A stretch of 64,000 nucleotides of DNA from Octopus sinensis (GCF_006345805.1 NC_043016.1:27404001-27468000); one strand, 5' to 3'; positions 24,574 through 38,560 are shown, numbered from the stretch's first letter. Made by a program: numbers and translations. The notes: generated by a model not told the origin, from the sequence alone.

Positions 24574-25129
24574 GTATGTGTTGTTGAAGTTTACATGTAT
24601 ACGCATATTTATAAAGCTTGTCTGACAATTGTATTTTCAGAGACATGAAACTAATAGTAACTTGCATTTAAATCTTGTGTATATTAAATGATATATGTAT
24701 CTTTATGTTTAAGTATATACAAATGTATATATTTGTATACAAGTGTGTATGTGTAATCAGTATCATCTTTTAATGTTCATCTATGCTGGCAGAACCAAAT
24801 GGGTCCTGATGTTCCAATGTCTACTCTGGCATAGCTTTTAGGCCTAGTGCTCTTCCTAATGCCAACTACTTTACAAAGTGTACTGGGCGCATTTTTCTTG
24901 GTATAGGCACTAGTGAGGTCACCACACAGCTGGCAAGACAGATCCCCTTCAACTGAATGAGGCTACAGGGAAAGAAAGGAACCTTTAAACTAGGAGATGG
25001 TTGTGGAGGTTAAAGTATGAGAGAAGGGGTCGAAATAGAACAGGTTTCTTGTGGTGGAGGAGCTACATAGCTACTTAAATTGTAGAAGAGTGAGTGAGAG
25101 TAACTGGGTGAACCTGGAAGTATATATTT

Positions 25130-25710
25130 ATTTCTTTATTGCCCACAGGGGGCTAAACATAGAGAGGACAATCAAGGACAGACAAAGGGATTAAGTCGAT
25201 TACGTTGACCCCAGTATGTAACTGGTACTTATTTAATTGACCCTGAAAGGATGAAAGGCAAAGTCGACCACAGCGAAATTTGAACTCAGAACGTAGCGGC
25301 AGACAAAATACCGCTAAGCTTTTTGCATGGCATGCTAATGATTCTGCCAACTTGCCTATTATATATATAAAAGGGTAAATGGTAAAAGACCTCCTTCAGT
25401 CAAGAGTGACCATGAGTTTGCACCTAGTAAGTTCTCCGAGACACAAGTCTAGGCAAGGTTGCTTATGGAAGACCATGTATTCCAGCCTCCCCTCTCCACA
25501 CCACTGATGTTATCCAAGAGAAAAGCAAAGGCTGATACAGATTGGCACTAGTGATGTTGCAATTCATTTCTACAGCTGAGTGAATTGGAGCAATGTGAAA
25601 TAAAGTGCCTTGCACAAGAACACAACACACAAGCTGGTCTGGGAATTGAACTCACTATCTCATGTTTGTGAGCCTGATGTGCTAACCACTGAGCCAAGCA
25701 CCTTCACACA
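25130..25710 (-). mobile_element. Two adjacent tRNA-derived SINEs
   Basis: On - strand, B-box-like GAGTTCAAATT and GAGTTCAATTCCC with tRNA-like heads. A + copy of the first family lies at about 22140-22280. Confidence 0.7.
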
Positions 25711-26185
25711 CATATATGTGTGTATATTTATATTTATATACACACACATATCGTTCTCATCTTCATCTTTTAGCATCCATGTTTGATGCTAGGCATGGGT
25801 TGAAGTGTTTAATTGGATCTGGTGGATTCAAGGACTGCACTGTACTTCAATATCTGCTTTGGCTTTGTTTCTGTAACTGGATGCCCTTCCTCATACCCAC
25901 CACTTTATAGTATGTATTGGGTGCTCTTATTTCATGCATCTCTGTTTGTGAGACTGAGATCCCAAGCTATAGTAGAAGACAGTTGCCCAAGGTACTGTGT
26001 TGTGGGACTGAAAAACCTTGTGGTTGCAAAGTGAGCTTCCAAATCACACAATCATGTCAGCATTTGTTGGTGAACAATGTACACACATACACACAGATAT
26101 ATTCATACAGGGATAAACACACACACACACACACATACATACATGTATATACTCAAGTCTATATTGATCTGTTTCCCTATTCTAG

Positions 26186-26346
26186 CCCTCAACAGCTCTG
26201 TATCCATCATCAGTGCCACAAGCCCTTCACAAAGTCCCAGAATCTCACCTAGCAACTCCCCGATGTTAATACGCAGGACAGAGTCTCCCGTCTCATCTCT
26301 CAGACAGAATACTGTAGGCTTAAAGTCTGCGTCGAACACGATTCAG
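26186..26346 (+). CDS. PAN3: PAN3 exon 5 (ALNSSVS...SPSQSPRISPSNSPMLIRR...NTIQ)
   Basis: CTAG acceptor, CAG|GTGAGC donor, phase 1 to 0. SPRISPSNSPMLIRR resembles vertebrate SPKITPHTSPAPRRR. Confidence 0.9.
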
Positions 26347-26399
26347 GTGAGCTATAGATATTTTCTTCCTTATTCCTTCATTTCAAATTCAGATTGCTA

Positions 26400-27125
26400 A
26401 TCTCATTATATATTATGTGGAAAATGATTTATATCCCTCACACTAATCCTCCAGCAATTCCCCAAAATGAATGCACTCAAGACTCACAAATAATATTCAC
26501 CAAGGTGAAATTTACATCTAACATTGAAAAAATACAAGTTAAAAAGTATGGTGACCCTTGATGCAGAACCTGTAAATATATTAAAGAGGGTGGACAAATC
26601 TCCTTTAAAACAATGAGATTTCCAAAGTCAATGCAAACATGAATTGCAAAACGATAAACTTAATTTACTGTGCAACTTGCTCACAATGTAAAGTGTACTA
26701 TATTGGTGAAATCAGAATAGGACTGCATGACAGAGTTCATGTATAGAAACAACAAATTAAAGACCCCTCTGTCAGAAACACCACTTGCAGTGGACACTTT
26801 GCATCATGTGGAAAGGGAAAATTCACAATCTTCCCTATTTTTAAGTTATGACCATTTCGGAAATATAAAGAAGAATTCTTCATCAGGAAGTACAAACCAT
26901 TACTGAACACGAAAAATGATATTCCAACCCCCTCAACAAATAACTGGATCCTCTCCTTTTTTTATATATAAAAAAAGATATATATATATATATATATCCT
27001 TCCAAGTAGAAGTGGATGATACCCACACTTTCAATCATTCAATCATTGAAGAGAACTACCATTTCACTAACACCTCTCCCCAACAATGTACATGTGAACT
27101 TAAATACTTGAGTAGTGTAGCTGCA
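26400..27125 (+). mobile_element. Penelope-like element fragment (GIY-YIG endonuclease)
   Basis: Translates to CRTCKYI...MNCKTINLIYCATCSQCKVYYIGEI...R and EFFIRKYKPLLN, with stops. Confidence 0.85.
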
Positions 27126-27462
27126 TAAACATATGTGTGCATGTGTATGTAAATATATATGTGTATAAGTGTGTATGTAGGTATATTATGTGTATAAGTA
27201 TGTGTATGCACACACATGTCCACATGTGTGTATTTTTTCTGCTTCATAAGTGTCCATATATTTGCACATGCATCCATCATCATTATTGTTTAGCGTCCAC
27301 ATGGAAAGCAAATGCTGGACAGCGGTGGTGGTGGGTATGTATGCAGAGGTGTAGGTGCATGTGAGCTGGAGGGAATATTTGTGTGGGTGTGTGTATATAT
27401 GTATATGTGTATACATATAGGTTTATATATGTGGTGTGTGGATATATATATGTATGTGTGTG

Positions 27463-27498
<36 letters not shown>

Positions 27499-28309
27499 TG
27501 TGTATGGATATGTATGTTTATGAATGAGTATATCCACACATGCGTGTGTATATGTATGTATGTGTAGATAGATATATGTGTATTTATATGTGTATGTATA
27601 TATGTGTATGTGTGTATATAGAGAGAAAAACAGAGAGATGTATATATACTCTTTGTCTGGTATATGTGGGGAAGTAAATATGTGAGCTAGCATGATCTTC
27701 CTCACCTCCCCTCCTAAACCAGTATATAAAAATTCATTTCCATCAACAAATATTTTTATCAAGAGACATGTATCTTACACCTCATTAGCACCACCACCCC
27801 AGACACACACCTAAAACATAGAAAATTACAAAGAGAAAGCATTTAGAAAAACATCTGACCATTATATTTCTTACCAAAGGTCAACTATTCAAATGACTTC
27901 ATAAAACATGCCTTTAACATACAACCAACTCCAATCAAGTATCTTTTGACCATTCACTGTTTCCTTTCAGCTCTTATTCATCAACACCCTTTCATTCCCA
28001 AACTGATTGACAAACCCTAACCCCACCCCAAACAAACCCAAATCCCATTTATAGAATCACAAAGCCCCAGATCATCAGATCTGTTTGACAATGAATGTAA
28101 TGTGAGAAAGTTCTCCAGAAAAGTTAACAAGGAATTTTTCTAAACAAATCTCCCCACCCAAGATAAAAAAAAAAAAGAACTTACTAGATTAACGAACTGA
28201 AGTGTAAAATTTATATTATAAAAAAAGTTTTAAAATAATAGAAAACAAATTTTTAGAACTACAGGTGTAGTCATTCTATTTCTTTTTTTCAAAATGTGTG
28301 TGTGTGTGC

Positions 28310-28359
<50 letters not shown>

Positions 28360-28628
28360 CAGAGACAATAACCAAAACCTTTGGCATTATGCCATGTTTG
28401 AGAAGACTCATCATATATATAAATGTATATATATATATATATATATCAGTATATGTATATATATGTATGTATAACTATATATATATATATTACATTTATA
28501 TATTTATTGGCTAAACTGGCAAAATGACCATTCCGAAATACAACAATATATATATACATCATCGTTTATGTAGATGTGTATATATTGTATATATACATAT
28601 ATGTGTATATATATATATATATCTATAT

Positions 28629-28694
<66 letters not shown>

Positions 28695-29289
28695 TCCATT
28701 CACTAGAAAGTTTTATGAAAGATAGGTTATCTTAGAATTGTCTAAATATGTGTAAAGTATCTAGTTTCAACATTTTGTTAATCTTCTATAATAAATATTC
28801 AAAACACTTGTTCTTACCCTTATATTATGACTGCTACTGTATTTGTGTGTGTGTGTATATATATATACACGCGGGTGGCACGTAAAAAGCACCCACTACA
28901 CTCACGGAGTGGTTGGCGTTAGGAAGGGCATCCAGCCGTAGAAACACTGCCAGATCTGACTAGGCCTGATGAAACCTTCCGGCTTCACAGACCCCAGTTG
29001 AACCGTCCAACCCATGCTAGCATGGAAAGCGGACGCTAAACGATGATGATGATATATGTATCAGAACTTATCTGAAGCTCTTGGTGGTTCAAATCAGATA
29101 TGCAATCTATGTGGGTGTCTTTTCAAAGCACTGTCTGGTTTAAAGTGCCATGATGGTTCTAAGGTGTAGGTACAGGAGGTGGTCAAACTCTGCATAAGAA
29201 GTAGACAACCACCTTGTATGTGTGCATATATATTGTTGGCATCCTTTTTGTCTCGGGAGACAATGGAGTTGCGCATAAAGTAGTCTAGT

Positions 29290-29742
29290 CCGGCTTTTAC
29301 ATTTCATGTCCTGATACATTTCCTGCTGTGGCTGTGTAGTCCTATCCTGGACAAACACTCCCTCTGGCAGGTACCGCAAATGTAACGAAGACTGTTCCTG
29401 GCTGGTTGTAATGCCATAGTTTCTTGTTGACGTCTTTTCTTGTCTTTCCATTTCTCCTCCCTCTCTCTCTCTCTGTCACTCCTTTGTATTCCCTTTTTTA
29501 CGGTACGTTGCCTGTCTCCACGGTTGCCGGCAACCGCCTCCCAACCGCTAATATTGATGTTGTAGGCCTTCATGTCCTTTTTGCAAACATTCTTGTAACG
29601 TAAGAACGGTCTACCCACAGACCTAGTACCCCTAGCAAGCTCTCCATAGAGTATATCCTTGGGGATTCTGCCATCTTTCATACGGCTAACATGCCCAAGC
29701 CATCTCATACATCTTTGTGCAAATATGCTTGGTATTCCTGCT

Positions 29743-29745
<3 letters not shown>
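29290..29745 (-). mobile_element. RTE (BovB-like) LINE 3' fragment
   Basis: RWLGHVSRMKDGRIPKDILYGEL..G.R..GRP..RYK and terminal CGTCQRECLSRIGLHSH. Confidence 0.85.
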
Positions 29746-29793
<48 letters not shown>

Positions 29794-29830
29794 ATATGGG
29801 TGTATATATATATATGCACATATATATATG

Positions 29831-29860
<30 letters not shown>

Positions 29861-29861
<1 letters not shown>

Positions 29862-32211
29862 AGGCAGGTTTATTTAGCCAGAGGGGAAGCAGATAAGAAA
29901 AAAATTGCCAATGTTCTGCACTGTGAGAACCAAAGACTTGAGGTATTTCGTGTTGCAAGACAGTGTGTGAGAGAGAATCGTGATGTTGTAGGTGAGAAAT
30001 GTATTCACATGGATGGTGGTTCACTTGCACTAAATGAGGCTGCAAAGAGAAAGGTTTGGAGAAGCCACTACGAAAGGTTGCTGAATAAAGAAATGAATGG
30101 GAGAAAGAGAGTCTGCTGAATGTTGACCCAACACAGGAACCAGCTATCTGAGTTGGCAGCACCTTGGTAGATGAAGCAATTAAGAGTAAGAATTACTGCA
30201 GAGATGCTCAAAATATCTGGCCATGTCGGCTATAGCCTAGTCAGCCTTATAGTTAACCAGGTGATACACGAAGGAGTCATACCCAATGACTGGTGTAGCA
30301 GCATAATAGTCAACTGCTACAAAGGTAAAGGTGATGCTTTAGATACAAATAATTACAGAGGTATCAAGTTGTTAGATCAAGTAATGAAGGTCACAGAGAG
30401 GGTCATAGTCCAACTAATTAGGGAGAGAGTCAGTATAGATGAGATGCAGTTTGGGTTTATGCCAGGGAAAAGCACCACTGATGCTATATTTCTGGTAAGA
30501 CAGCTGCAGGAGAAATACCTAGCCAAAGACAAACCTCTGTACCTGGCTTTTGTTGACATGGAGAAAGACTTTGACAGGGTCCCCTGATACCTTATCTGGT
30601 GGTCAATGAGGAAACTAGGGACAGATGAATGGATAGTGAGAGCTGTGCGAGCCATGTACAGGGATGCTGTCAGTCAGGTGAGGGTTGGCAACGAGTACGC
30701 TGAAGAATTCCGGGTGGAGGTAGGGGTCTACAAAGGTTCAGTCCTCAACCCCCTCCTATTTATCATAGTCCTCCAGGCAATAACAGAGGAATTCAAAACA
30801 GGATACTTCTGGTAGCTCCTCTATGCTGATGACCTTGCTCTAATTGCTGAGTCACTATCAGAACTGGAGGAGAAGTTTCAGGTGTGGAAACAAGGATTAG
30901 AATCAAAGGGCCTTAGAGTCAACCTAGCTAAAACCAAAGTCCTAATAAGTAGGAGAGCAGGCAAATCACAAATCCCTTCAGGTAGATGGCCCTGCTCGAT
31001 CTGTAGTAGAGGCGTAGGTTCCCAGTGTAAGCTATGGACACATAAGAGGTGCAGTAATATCAAAGGAAGGCTAACTGGGAAGATAGTTTTTGTATGTGGC
31101 AGATGCTCGGAAGCAATAAACACTGAAAATGCATAGAGAACAACTTCCGCAACATTCCAGGGAGAAAAACTAGAAGTAGTTGATAGCTTCCGTTACCTAG
31201 GTGACCAAGTCAGTAGCGGGGGAGGGTGCACTGAAAGTGTAGCTGCTAGAATAAGAATAGCCTGGGCAAAGTTCAGAGAGCTCTTACCTTTGCTGGTGAC
31301 AAAGGGCCTCTTGCAATGAAACATGGGCTGTGACTGCTGAGGACATGCGTAAGCTCGCAAGGATTGAAGCCAGTATGATCCGATGGATGTGTAAAGTCAG
31401 TGTGCATACTTGACAGAGTGTAAGTACCTTGAGAGAAAAGCTGGACCTAAGAAGCATTAGATGTGGTGTGCAAGAGAGACGACTGCGCTGGTATGGTCAT
31501 GTGACGAGAATGGATGAGGATAGCTGTGTGAAAAAGTGCCACACCCTAGCGGTTGAGGGAACCTGTGGAAGAGGCAGACCCAGGAAGACCTGGGATGAAG
31601 TGGTGAAGCACGACCTTCAAACTTTAGGCCCCACTGAGGAAATGACTAGTGACTGAGACTTTTAGAAATATGCTGTGCTTGAGAAGACCCGGCAAGCCAA
31701 ATTAGACTATAACCTTGTGGCCTATGCCAGGGGCGTAACCAGCCTACTTATGCGTACCTTTCCTTCTTTGGACACTAAACTTTGCTTGCGAAGACCTATT
31801 GAGGCAAGTGAAATCGAAATCAAATTCAATGACTGGCATCTGTGCTAGCAGGGCACAGAGAGCACCATATGAGTGTGATCGTTAACAGAGCGGGTCACCG
31901 GCTTCCGTGCCAGTGGCACATAAAAGGCACCATTTGAGCGTGATCATTACTAGTGTCACCTTACTGGCACGTGAAAAAATATTCGAGCAAGGTCATTGAC
32001 AGTACCGCCTGATTGGCCTCCGTGCCAGTGGCACGTAAAAGAACCCCCTACACTCTCGGAGTAGTTGGCGTTAGGAAGGGCATCCAGCTGTAGAAACTCT
32101 GCCAGATCAAGATTGGAGCCTGGTGCAGCCATCTGGTTTGCCTGCCCTTAGTCATCTTCCAACCCATGCTAGCATGGAAAGCGGACATTAAACGATGATG
32201 ATGATGATGAT
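29861..32211 (+). mobile_element. RTE-clade LINE, young, 5'-truncated, in PAN3 intron 5
   Basis: RT motifs NYRGIKLL, QFGFMPGKSTTDAIF, FVDMEK.FD, YADDL; 3' UTR and (GAT)n tail; few stops or indels. Confidence 0.95.
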
Positions 32212-32247
32212 ACATATATATATATAGGTATACATATATATATAAAC

Positions 32248-32279
<32 letters not shown>

Positions 32280-32350
32280 GTATATATACGTATATATATA
32301 TATACACATATGTATATATACGTATATATATATACACATGTATATATACG

Positions 32351-32388
<38 letters not shown>

Positions 32389-32459
32389 CGTATATATATA
32401 TATATATATGTGTGTATTATATATATATATATATATATATAGATACGTGTATATATACT

Positions 32460-33281
32460 CAGGGTTTTTCTAAAAGAATGAACCGATTTCATTATGCAAT
32501 ATTTTTATAAGGAAAAGCAATAGAAAACTCCAGTTAAGTCACAAGTATTTAATCACAGTCAACTTCTATATCATGTCTGACAAGTGGTTAAAGTGGCAAT
32601 CCACTGACTACTTGTTTAGCTGTCTGGTTGAATGTTTTATTGAAGTTTTTCCATTTCCCTTCTATGTGAATATCTTCTAGAATCATCTCAAAGAAAGCAA
32701 AATTATTCTTTAGGAGTGGCTGTGTGGTAAGTAGCTTGCTAACCAACCACATGGTTCCGGGTTCAGTCCCACTGCGTGGCATCTTGGGCAAATGTCTTCT
32801 GCTATAGCCCCAGGCCGACCTATGCCTTGTGAGTGGATTTGGTAGACGGAAACTGAAAGAAGCCTGTCATATATATGTATATATATATATGTATATGTGT
32901 TTGTCCCCCTAGCATTGCTTGACAACTGATGCTGGTGTGTTTACGTCCCCGTCACTTAGCGGTTCGGCAAAAGAGACCGATAGAATAAGTACTAAGCTTA
33001 CAAAGAATAAGTCCCGGGGTTGATTTGCTCGACTAAAGGTGGTGCTCCAGCATGGCCGCAGTCAAATGACTGAAACAAGTAAAAGAGTAAAGAGTTCCAT
33101 AATGAACTTACTTTTGATATGCTGATGCATGTCTGGGAGGAATTCTCTTATTGCATTGATGTTGCCTGTGCTGCAGGTGGTGGCTACACTAAATACTTGT
33201 TACTTAACTGGAGTTTTCTATTGCTTTTCCGTATTAAAATATTGTTTAATGAAATCTGTTCATTCTTTTTTAATAACCCTG
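32460..33281 (+). mobile_element. Internally deleted Tc1/mariner element with ~95-bp TIRs, interrupted by a SINE
   Basis: CAGGGTT..TAAAAGAATGAAC.GATTTCATT at both ends in inverted orientation. C-terminal remnant VWEEFSYCIDV..A.GGGY. Confidence 0.75.
32712..33093 (+). mobile_element. tRNA-derived SINE (octopus OK-like family), well preserved
   Basis: A-box-like TGGCTGTGTGGT, B-box-like GGTTCAGTCCC, GACTGAAACAAGTAAAAGA tail. Many other copies, e.g. 7300-7630, 12860-13000, 19040-19650, 34610-34995, 57455-57810, 59260-59590. Confidence 0.85.
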
Positions 33282-33308
33282 TATATATACACACACACAC
33301 ATATATTT

Positions 33309-33660
33309 GTAAACTTAAACAACAATTTTTTATAATTCTGAGTATAATTATAATTAGGGTTCAGCAAAAATTTGCTTCACCACATTCCGAAAATTTAGAA
33401 ATAGTAGCCAAACACCTAGCTATTTCTCTACGATAAGAGAATCTCCCAGATAACATATACTCAAAAACAATCCATGCTGGTAAAGAGAAATAGCTAGGTG
33501 TTTGGCTGCTATTTCTAAATTTTCAGTATGTGGTGAAGCAAATTTTTGCTGAACCCTAATTATAATTATACTCATAATTATAAAAAAATGTTGTTTAAGT
33601 TTACCGATAATGGTTCTTTTAACATGCCGAAACTACTTGGTAAAATTACTAATAATTATT
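33309..33660. mobile_element. Fold-back (Penelope pLTR-like) element, ~110-bp arms, upstream of exon 6
   Basis: 33309-33419 is complementary to 33484-33604. The tail CCGATAA-TGG..CC-GAAAC..GTA is also seen inverted at about 57843-57900. Confidence 0.75.
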
Positions 33661-33768
33661 AATTAATTAATTAATGTTACCCTTTATTATTATTAATTTT
33701 ATATATATATAATGTAGAAGACAAGTTTTAATGGGTTTTTTTTTCCATTTTTTTCTCTTTATCTTTAG

Positions 33769-33834
33769 GAAAACGTTGGCGGAACAACCTATTTTTATTC
33801 TCCCGAAGATTTTGCTCCACAATTTCAGAGTGTT
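33769..33834 (+). CDS. PAN3: PAN3 exon 6 (ENVGGTTYFYSPEDFAPQFQSV)
   Basis: Contains the conserved PAN3 motif E.VGGTTYFY. TTTAG acceptor, GTAAGT donor, phase 0 to 0. Confidence 0.95.
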
Positions 33835-35049
33835 GTAAGTAAATATTTTTGTAAATTTTTGTGTTATCCATTTGGTGCATGTGTGTGTGTGTTAGATGCT
33901 TTGTTGTATAGCTTATTAACAATGATATTCATTTGTCAGACTGCTTGGTATGATATATCTTAAGATTATATCTTGTTGAGGTGGCAAAGGGTCTGCTGCT
34001 CTTAATTGCTTTTCAGTAATTGTGATACACCCTCTAGAGATGAAGATAATTTTAACAAATCAAGAATTCTGTCCTGTCCTGTCCATGTTCATATCCCAAT
34101 ACTGGTCATTCAGGCTCTGTACTAGATACAGGAAGTTCTGTTTCTGGAACTTGATCTACAGGAACTGCTTACACATGTGCATCTTCAGGATCTTTGACAT
34201 CGTGAGAAGGAAAAATCAGTGGAGGTGGTTGTGGTTTTAAGTATGGTGTTATTATCAAAGTTTGCAAAGTTATTTGCCAATATAAAATGGCAGTCCTGGT
34301 TTAAGGACACAAGCTATGTTGTATAGCTAGCTGGAGACGATATCTCCTGGGGCTAAATTACAGCAACATTAGTCCTAAACCAGGACTGCCATGTTATGTG
34401 GGCAAACAATCTTTACTCCAAAGTACTGTTGCTGAATATCTCTCCTTGTGAGATTTAAAAATAGTAATTTTCTAAAGTTTGCAAAGTTTTGGCTTTGTTC
34501 CATAAATGACTTCTAAGTGAAGCTCAAGCCATATGCATCAGCAGATAGCCCTGGTTGTAGGTTATACATATCGTTATAAAGGTAAAAATAAAGAAACTTA
34601 GATATTTTATATTTTAATTGTTTCAGTTATTAGACTGCAACCATGCTGGGACACCAACTTGAAGGATTTTTAGTTGAATGTATTCACCCCAGTACTTATT
34701 TTCTTAAAGCTTGGTATTTCTATCAGTCTCTTTTGCCAAACTTCTAAGTCATGGGGATGTAAACACACCAGCACTGGTTGTCAAGCATTGTTGGGGGAAA
34801 CAAACAAAGACACTCACACATATGTATATATCTGACAGGCTTCTTTCAGTTTCCATCTATTGAATCCATTCACAAGGCTTTGGTCGGCCCAAGTCTATTG
34901 TAGAAGACACTTGCCCAAGGTGCCATGCAGTGAGACTCAACCCCAAACTCTGAGGTTGGGAAGTAAACTTCTTACCACAGCTACACCTGTGCCTGTCTAA
35001 AAGTAATAATTGAAAAAGTTTGCAATGTGTAATGTGGGTGGTGGGTATG

Positions 35050-36880
35050 AAAAACATACAAAATGTTATATATAAGTGTGGTAAAAAAAAAAATCGGGTA
35101 TAGCAAAATTTGACAGTCTGAATAAATTAGGGGAACACAATATAATGTTCCAGCAAAAATTGATAATTTTTAGTGAATTTGTAATGGGCTTGCCATATGG
35201 AATCGTTTTGCAATACATTAAGAGTTTTGATGCTCTGTTTTGTGGTTCAATGCAAATTTGTCTTTGAACAATATGAAGTATTTTCACTCAAGTACAACAA
35301 GCATTTCATAAAATTTCAGTACACTCCCTGTTTGTTAGGGTTAGCTTTCTCCAAAATAGAATAATGTATCTTCAATGGAACTGAACCAGCTTCTTTTATT
35401 TGCCAAGCAGTCTTTTACTAGACTTGTTATCAACCTGTTTTCAGGATGTTTGAGGAAATTTCTGTTGAGTTATCTTGTTTTGAAGCTATTTTTTGTGTGA
35501 CCCTGGTAGAGGTTTTGTTTGTGGGGATATTGTCAGTTTGTACATTAGTCCTATATACATCTTTTAATTGGGCAGTTTACCATTTGAAGGGCTGCCTACG
35601 GGATATTTGAAATAACATTTAGGTCTATCAACAATTTCACTAGCTTTATTTAGAATGTTGATAATGTGCTGGTTAACAAGAGAGGCAAAATTTATGCAAC
35701 AAGAATAATTAATTTTGAGTTCTGTTGAAAATTCACAGTCACTTGGAAAATATCTAGATGGTAAATTTTAAAATTCTCTAACTACGTTATTTCTAATGCT
35801 TTTGCTAAATATTGGATTATGCCACAAAACCTTTCTAGTCTTAGTTCTTGGAGACCTTCTGATATTGTTTCCATTAGGGACAAAGGGGATAGTCTTTCAT
35901 TAGGCTTACAATCTGGCTTAAAACTGTTAAATTAGAAATCTAATTTGGTAACTAAATAGTTAACACTGTTAAGATTCATGTTAACTATAATTTTTAAGCC
36001 TGTCTGCTGGAAGAATAGAATAAGATTCTTTCTAAGACCTTGTTCATGTTAGAGGTAAACCTGTTTCTAAATAAGGAAATTCTTATTTAGACATAATTCT
36101 TGCTCTATTATACATACCCATAGAAAGTATGACAAAGCATCCCCATTCTTCTTTACTCAGAGTTGTTGAAAAATTGTCAGGATTTCAAGACATGCTGGAT
36201 GAGGTCAGTATCCAAGTTGCTGACAGCTATTCATTCCTCAACAAAATCAAGTACCTTAAGCAGTAGAATCCTAGTTATTGACAGCTTAAAGTCCATGATA
36301 TCAAACAGATTAAACTTATGGTTGTATTTATTGTTTTGTTAAGCCAATCTATAACAGACATGTTGATTTTCCATTTATATCTCTACTAATCTTATGGAGA
36401 ATAGAATCTAGAATATTCTTGCTAATTATTTGTATTTCAGTTTTTGTCAGGTTGATAAATCTACATTTGGGGATTCTCCTAAAATTGGTTTTGTGATCTT
36501 TAAGGCTTATGTGGAAGGGGGTACTCCATCCTGCTGCTGATAATTACAATTCTCTTTGCTTCAAGATTCATCGCTTTGTGTAAAGTAATTACTGCCTTCT
36601 TATATGTCTGTAATAGTATTAGAGAGGAGCCTGTTATATAAATTCTTGTCACAGCATATACGCATATGGGTGTGTGTGTAATCCCTACACATTTTTTTTT
36701 TCTCTTTTTCTGTTCTCTCCACTCAAGCTTTCTGTCGAAGAGTAGACTTGAAAGACTTTTCCATTCTTCCCAAGCATTTAACTAATACATCAGCTTGTTC
36801 CTTCAACTGTCTTTGTCTTTTGTTTTTTGAAAATTTGAACTATATATGTGTGTGTGTGTATATATATATATATATACATG

Positions 36881-36919
<39 letters not shown>

Positions 36920-37080
36920 GAGTCTATATTTTTATATATAAATATAACCACTATATTTGACAATGAAAAAGCCAGAGTATTTTATCATTTTATCACTTTT
37001 TTTGTTTTTGTTTTCAGGACATCTTTCATGTTTGTGTGATTATTTTAATTTATAATATAATTTAATAATAATATTAATAA

Positions 37081-37115
<35 letters not shown>

Positions 37116-37900
37116 CGCACACATGCACACACCTTTTTTTTCTGCTGTTTTACACATTTTCATTAGTATATGGCATTTTTGCTTATAATCCATTACTGTA
37201 TCTGTGTTCAAGCTTTGGTTATTCATTCTTTTCTAATTCAGTGTCTCTAATAGTATTTCTAATTTTATTTCTAGTAATCTCTCTATCACACATTGTTAAA
37301 CTGTCAACCTTCCCCTTCTTGCACCTCTTTGCTATAAGACATATTTGATAAATATGCTGTGTACATATAACGCTTTCTCTGCATTTTGCTTTTTACTTCA
37401 CCTCTCCTTATCTCTTTAACATCACATTCCTTTCTTTCTTCTCCCCCCCCTCTCTCATAGCAATTTTGTTTTTCAACTTCCTTTTCTTTTTATTTTTGGT
37501 ATTTTCATTTATTATATTTTAGTGATATCTAATGGCTCTTATTTTAATTTTGATTTTAGGTTTTCTTTAATTATGTCCTATTTAATTTCTTGCATCTTCT
37601 TATTCTTGACATAGTCTATCTTATTCCGTATATTTTGTTTTTCACCTACATCTAAAATTTATTTTTTAAAAAAGATTTTCAACTTATCAATTATTTATAT
37701 TATTTTTCTGTTAGGCTCAATTCTCCTTTCATCCAACTGTTAACCACTATTTCAAGAATAAGTTGCCCAGTCAGATTTAAATAATTATTTGTTGAAGACT
37801 TATATGTACTCATAATTTCTAAATTATTTTATCTTAATTATCATAAGTATCTGATGAATTGTTATTTAGAACTCTGAGTAATAATTTGTGAATTTTTTTG
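35050..37900 (-). mobile_element. Old Penelope-like retroelement (RT plus GIY-YIG), degenerate and interrupted
   Basis: Minus-strand remnants LKDHKTNF...CRFINLTKTEI, FDIMDF, RKVLWHNPIFSKSI and YQG.T..SFKTR. The ends are approximate. Confidence 0.75.
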
Positions 37901-38238
37901 GCTTCAATAAAATAGTGAGTATATATAAATATAATGTATGTATATATATAATGTATGTATGTATATAATGTGTGTGTGTTATTTCATGTTATGTTCAGAG
38001 GTAGTACAAGGTACCAGAATTTTCAATTTGAGTCAAATGTAGCGAACTACTTCAAATTGTTCTTAGAGTGACTACATAAGCAACATCTTGACTAGGTAGT
38101 CTGTACTGGCACCAAGTCACAAGTTGTAATAATGAAGTCAAAACAGCGATATTTGGAAAGCATTTAACACATACATTTCAGGTTTGCATAATATATAATA
38201 GGAAATGCATCCATTACATAAACCTTCCTCAGTTGAAA

Positions 38239-38270
<32 letters not shown>

Positions 38271-38338
38271 CTTTTACTTGTTTCAGTCATATGACTGCGG
38301 CCATTCTGGAGCACTTTCTGTGTGTGTGTGTGTGTGTG

Positions 38339-38391
<53 letters not shown>

Positions 38392-38558
38392 CTGTAAATG
38401 TAATAATATGTGACAATTATTCAGTAGCCATGATAAAACTCTGAGTTTTATCATGGCTGCTGAATAATTGTTACATATTACATTTACAGATAAATTCCTC
38501 TAGTTACATAATATCGAGGTCTCCTTCATTCTTTTGTTGTCTTACCATTTCTATCAAG

Positions 38559-38560
<2 letters not shown>
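38392..38560. repeat. Near-perfect hairpin (38392-38489) with Penelope-type tail
   Basis: CTGTAAATGTAATAATATGTGACAATTATTCAG..AAAACTC-T-GAGTTTT..CTGAATAATTGTTACATATTACATTTACAG. Confidence 0.8.

Noticed and set aside
26103-26339. Antisense 78-aa ORF
   Set aside because: Shadow of PAN3 exon 5 running into a microsatellite.
27130-28700. Overlapping ORFs rich in Y, I, H, T, C and V
   Set aside because: Derived from TA, TG and CA simple repeats.
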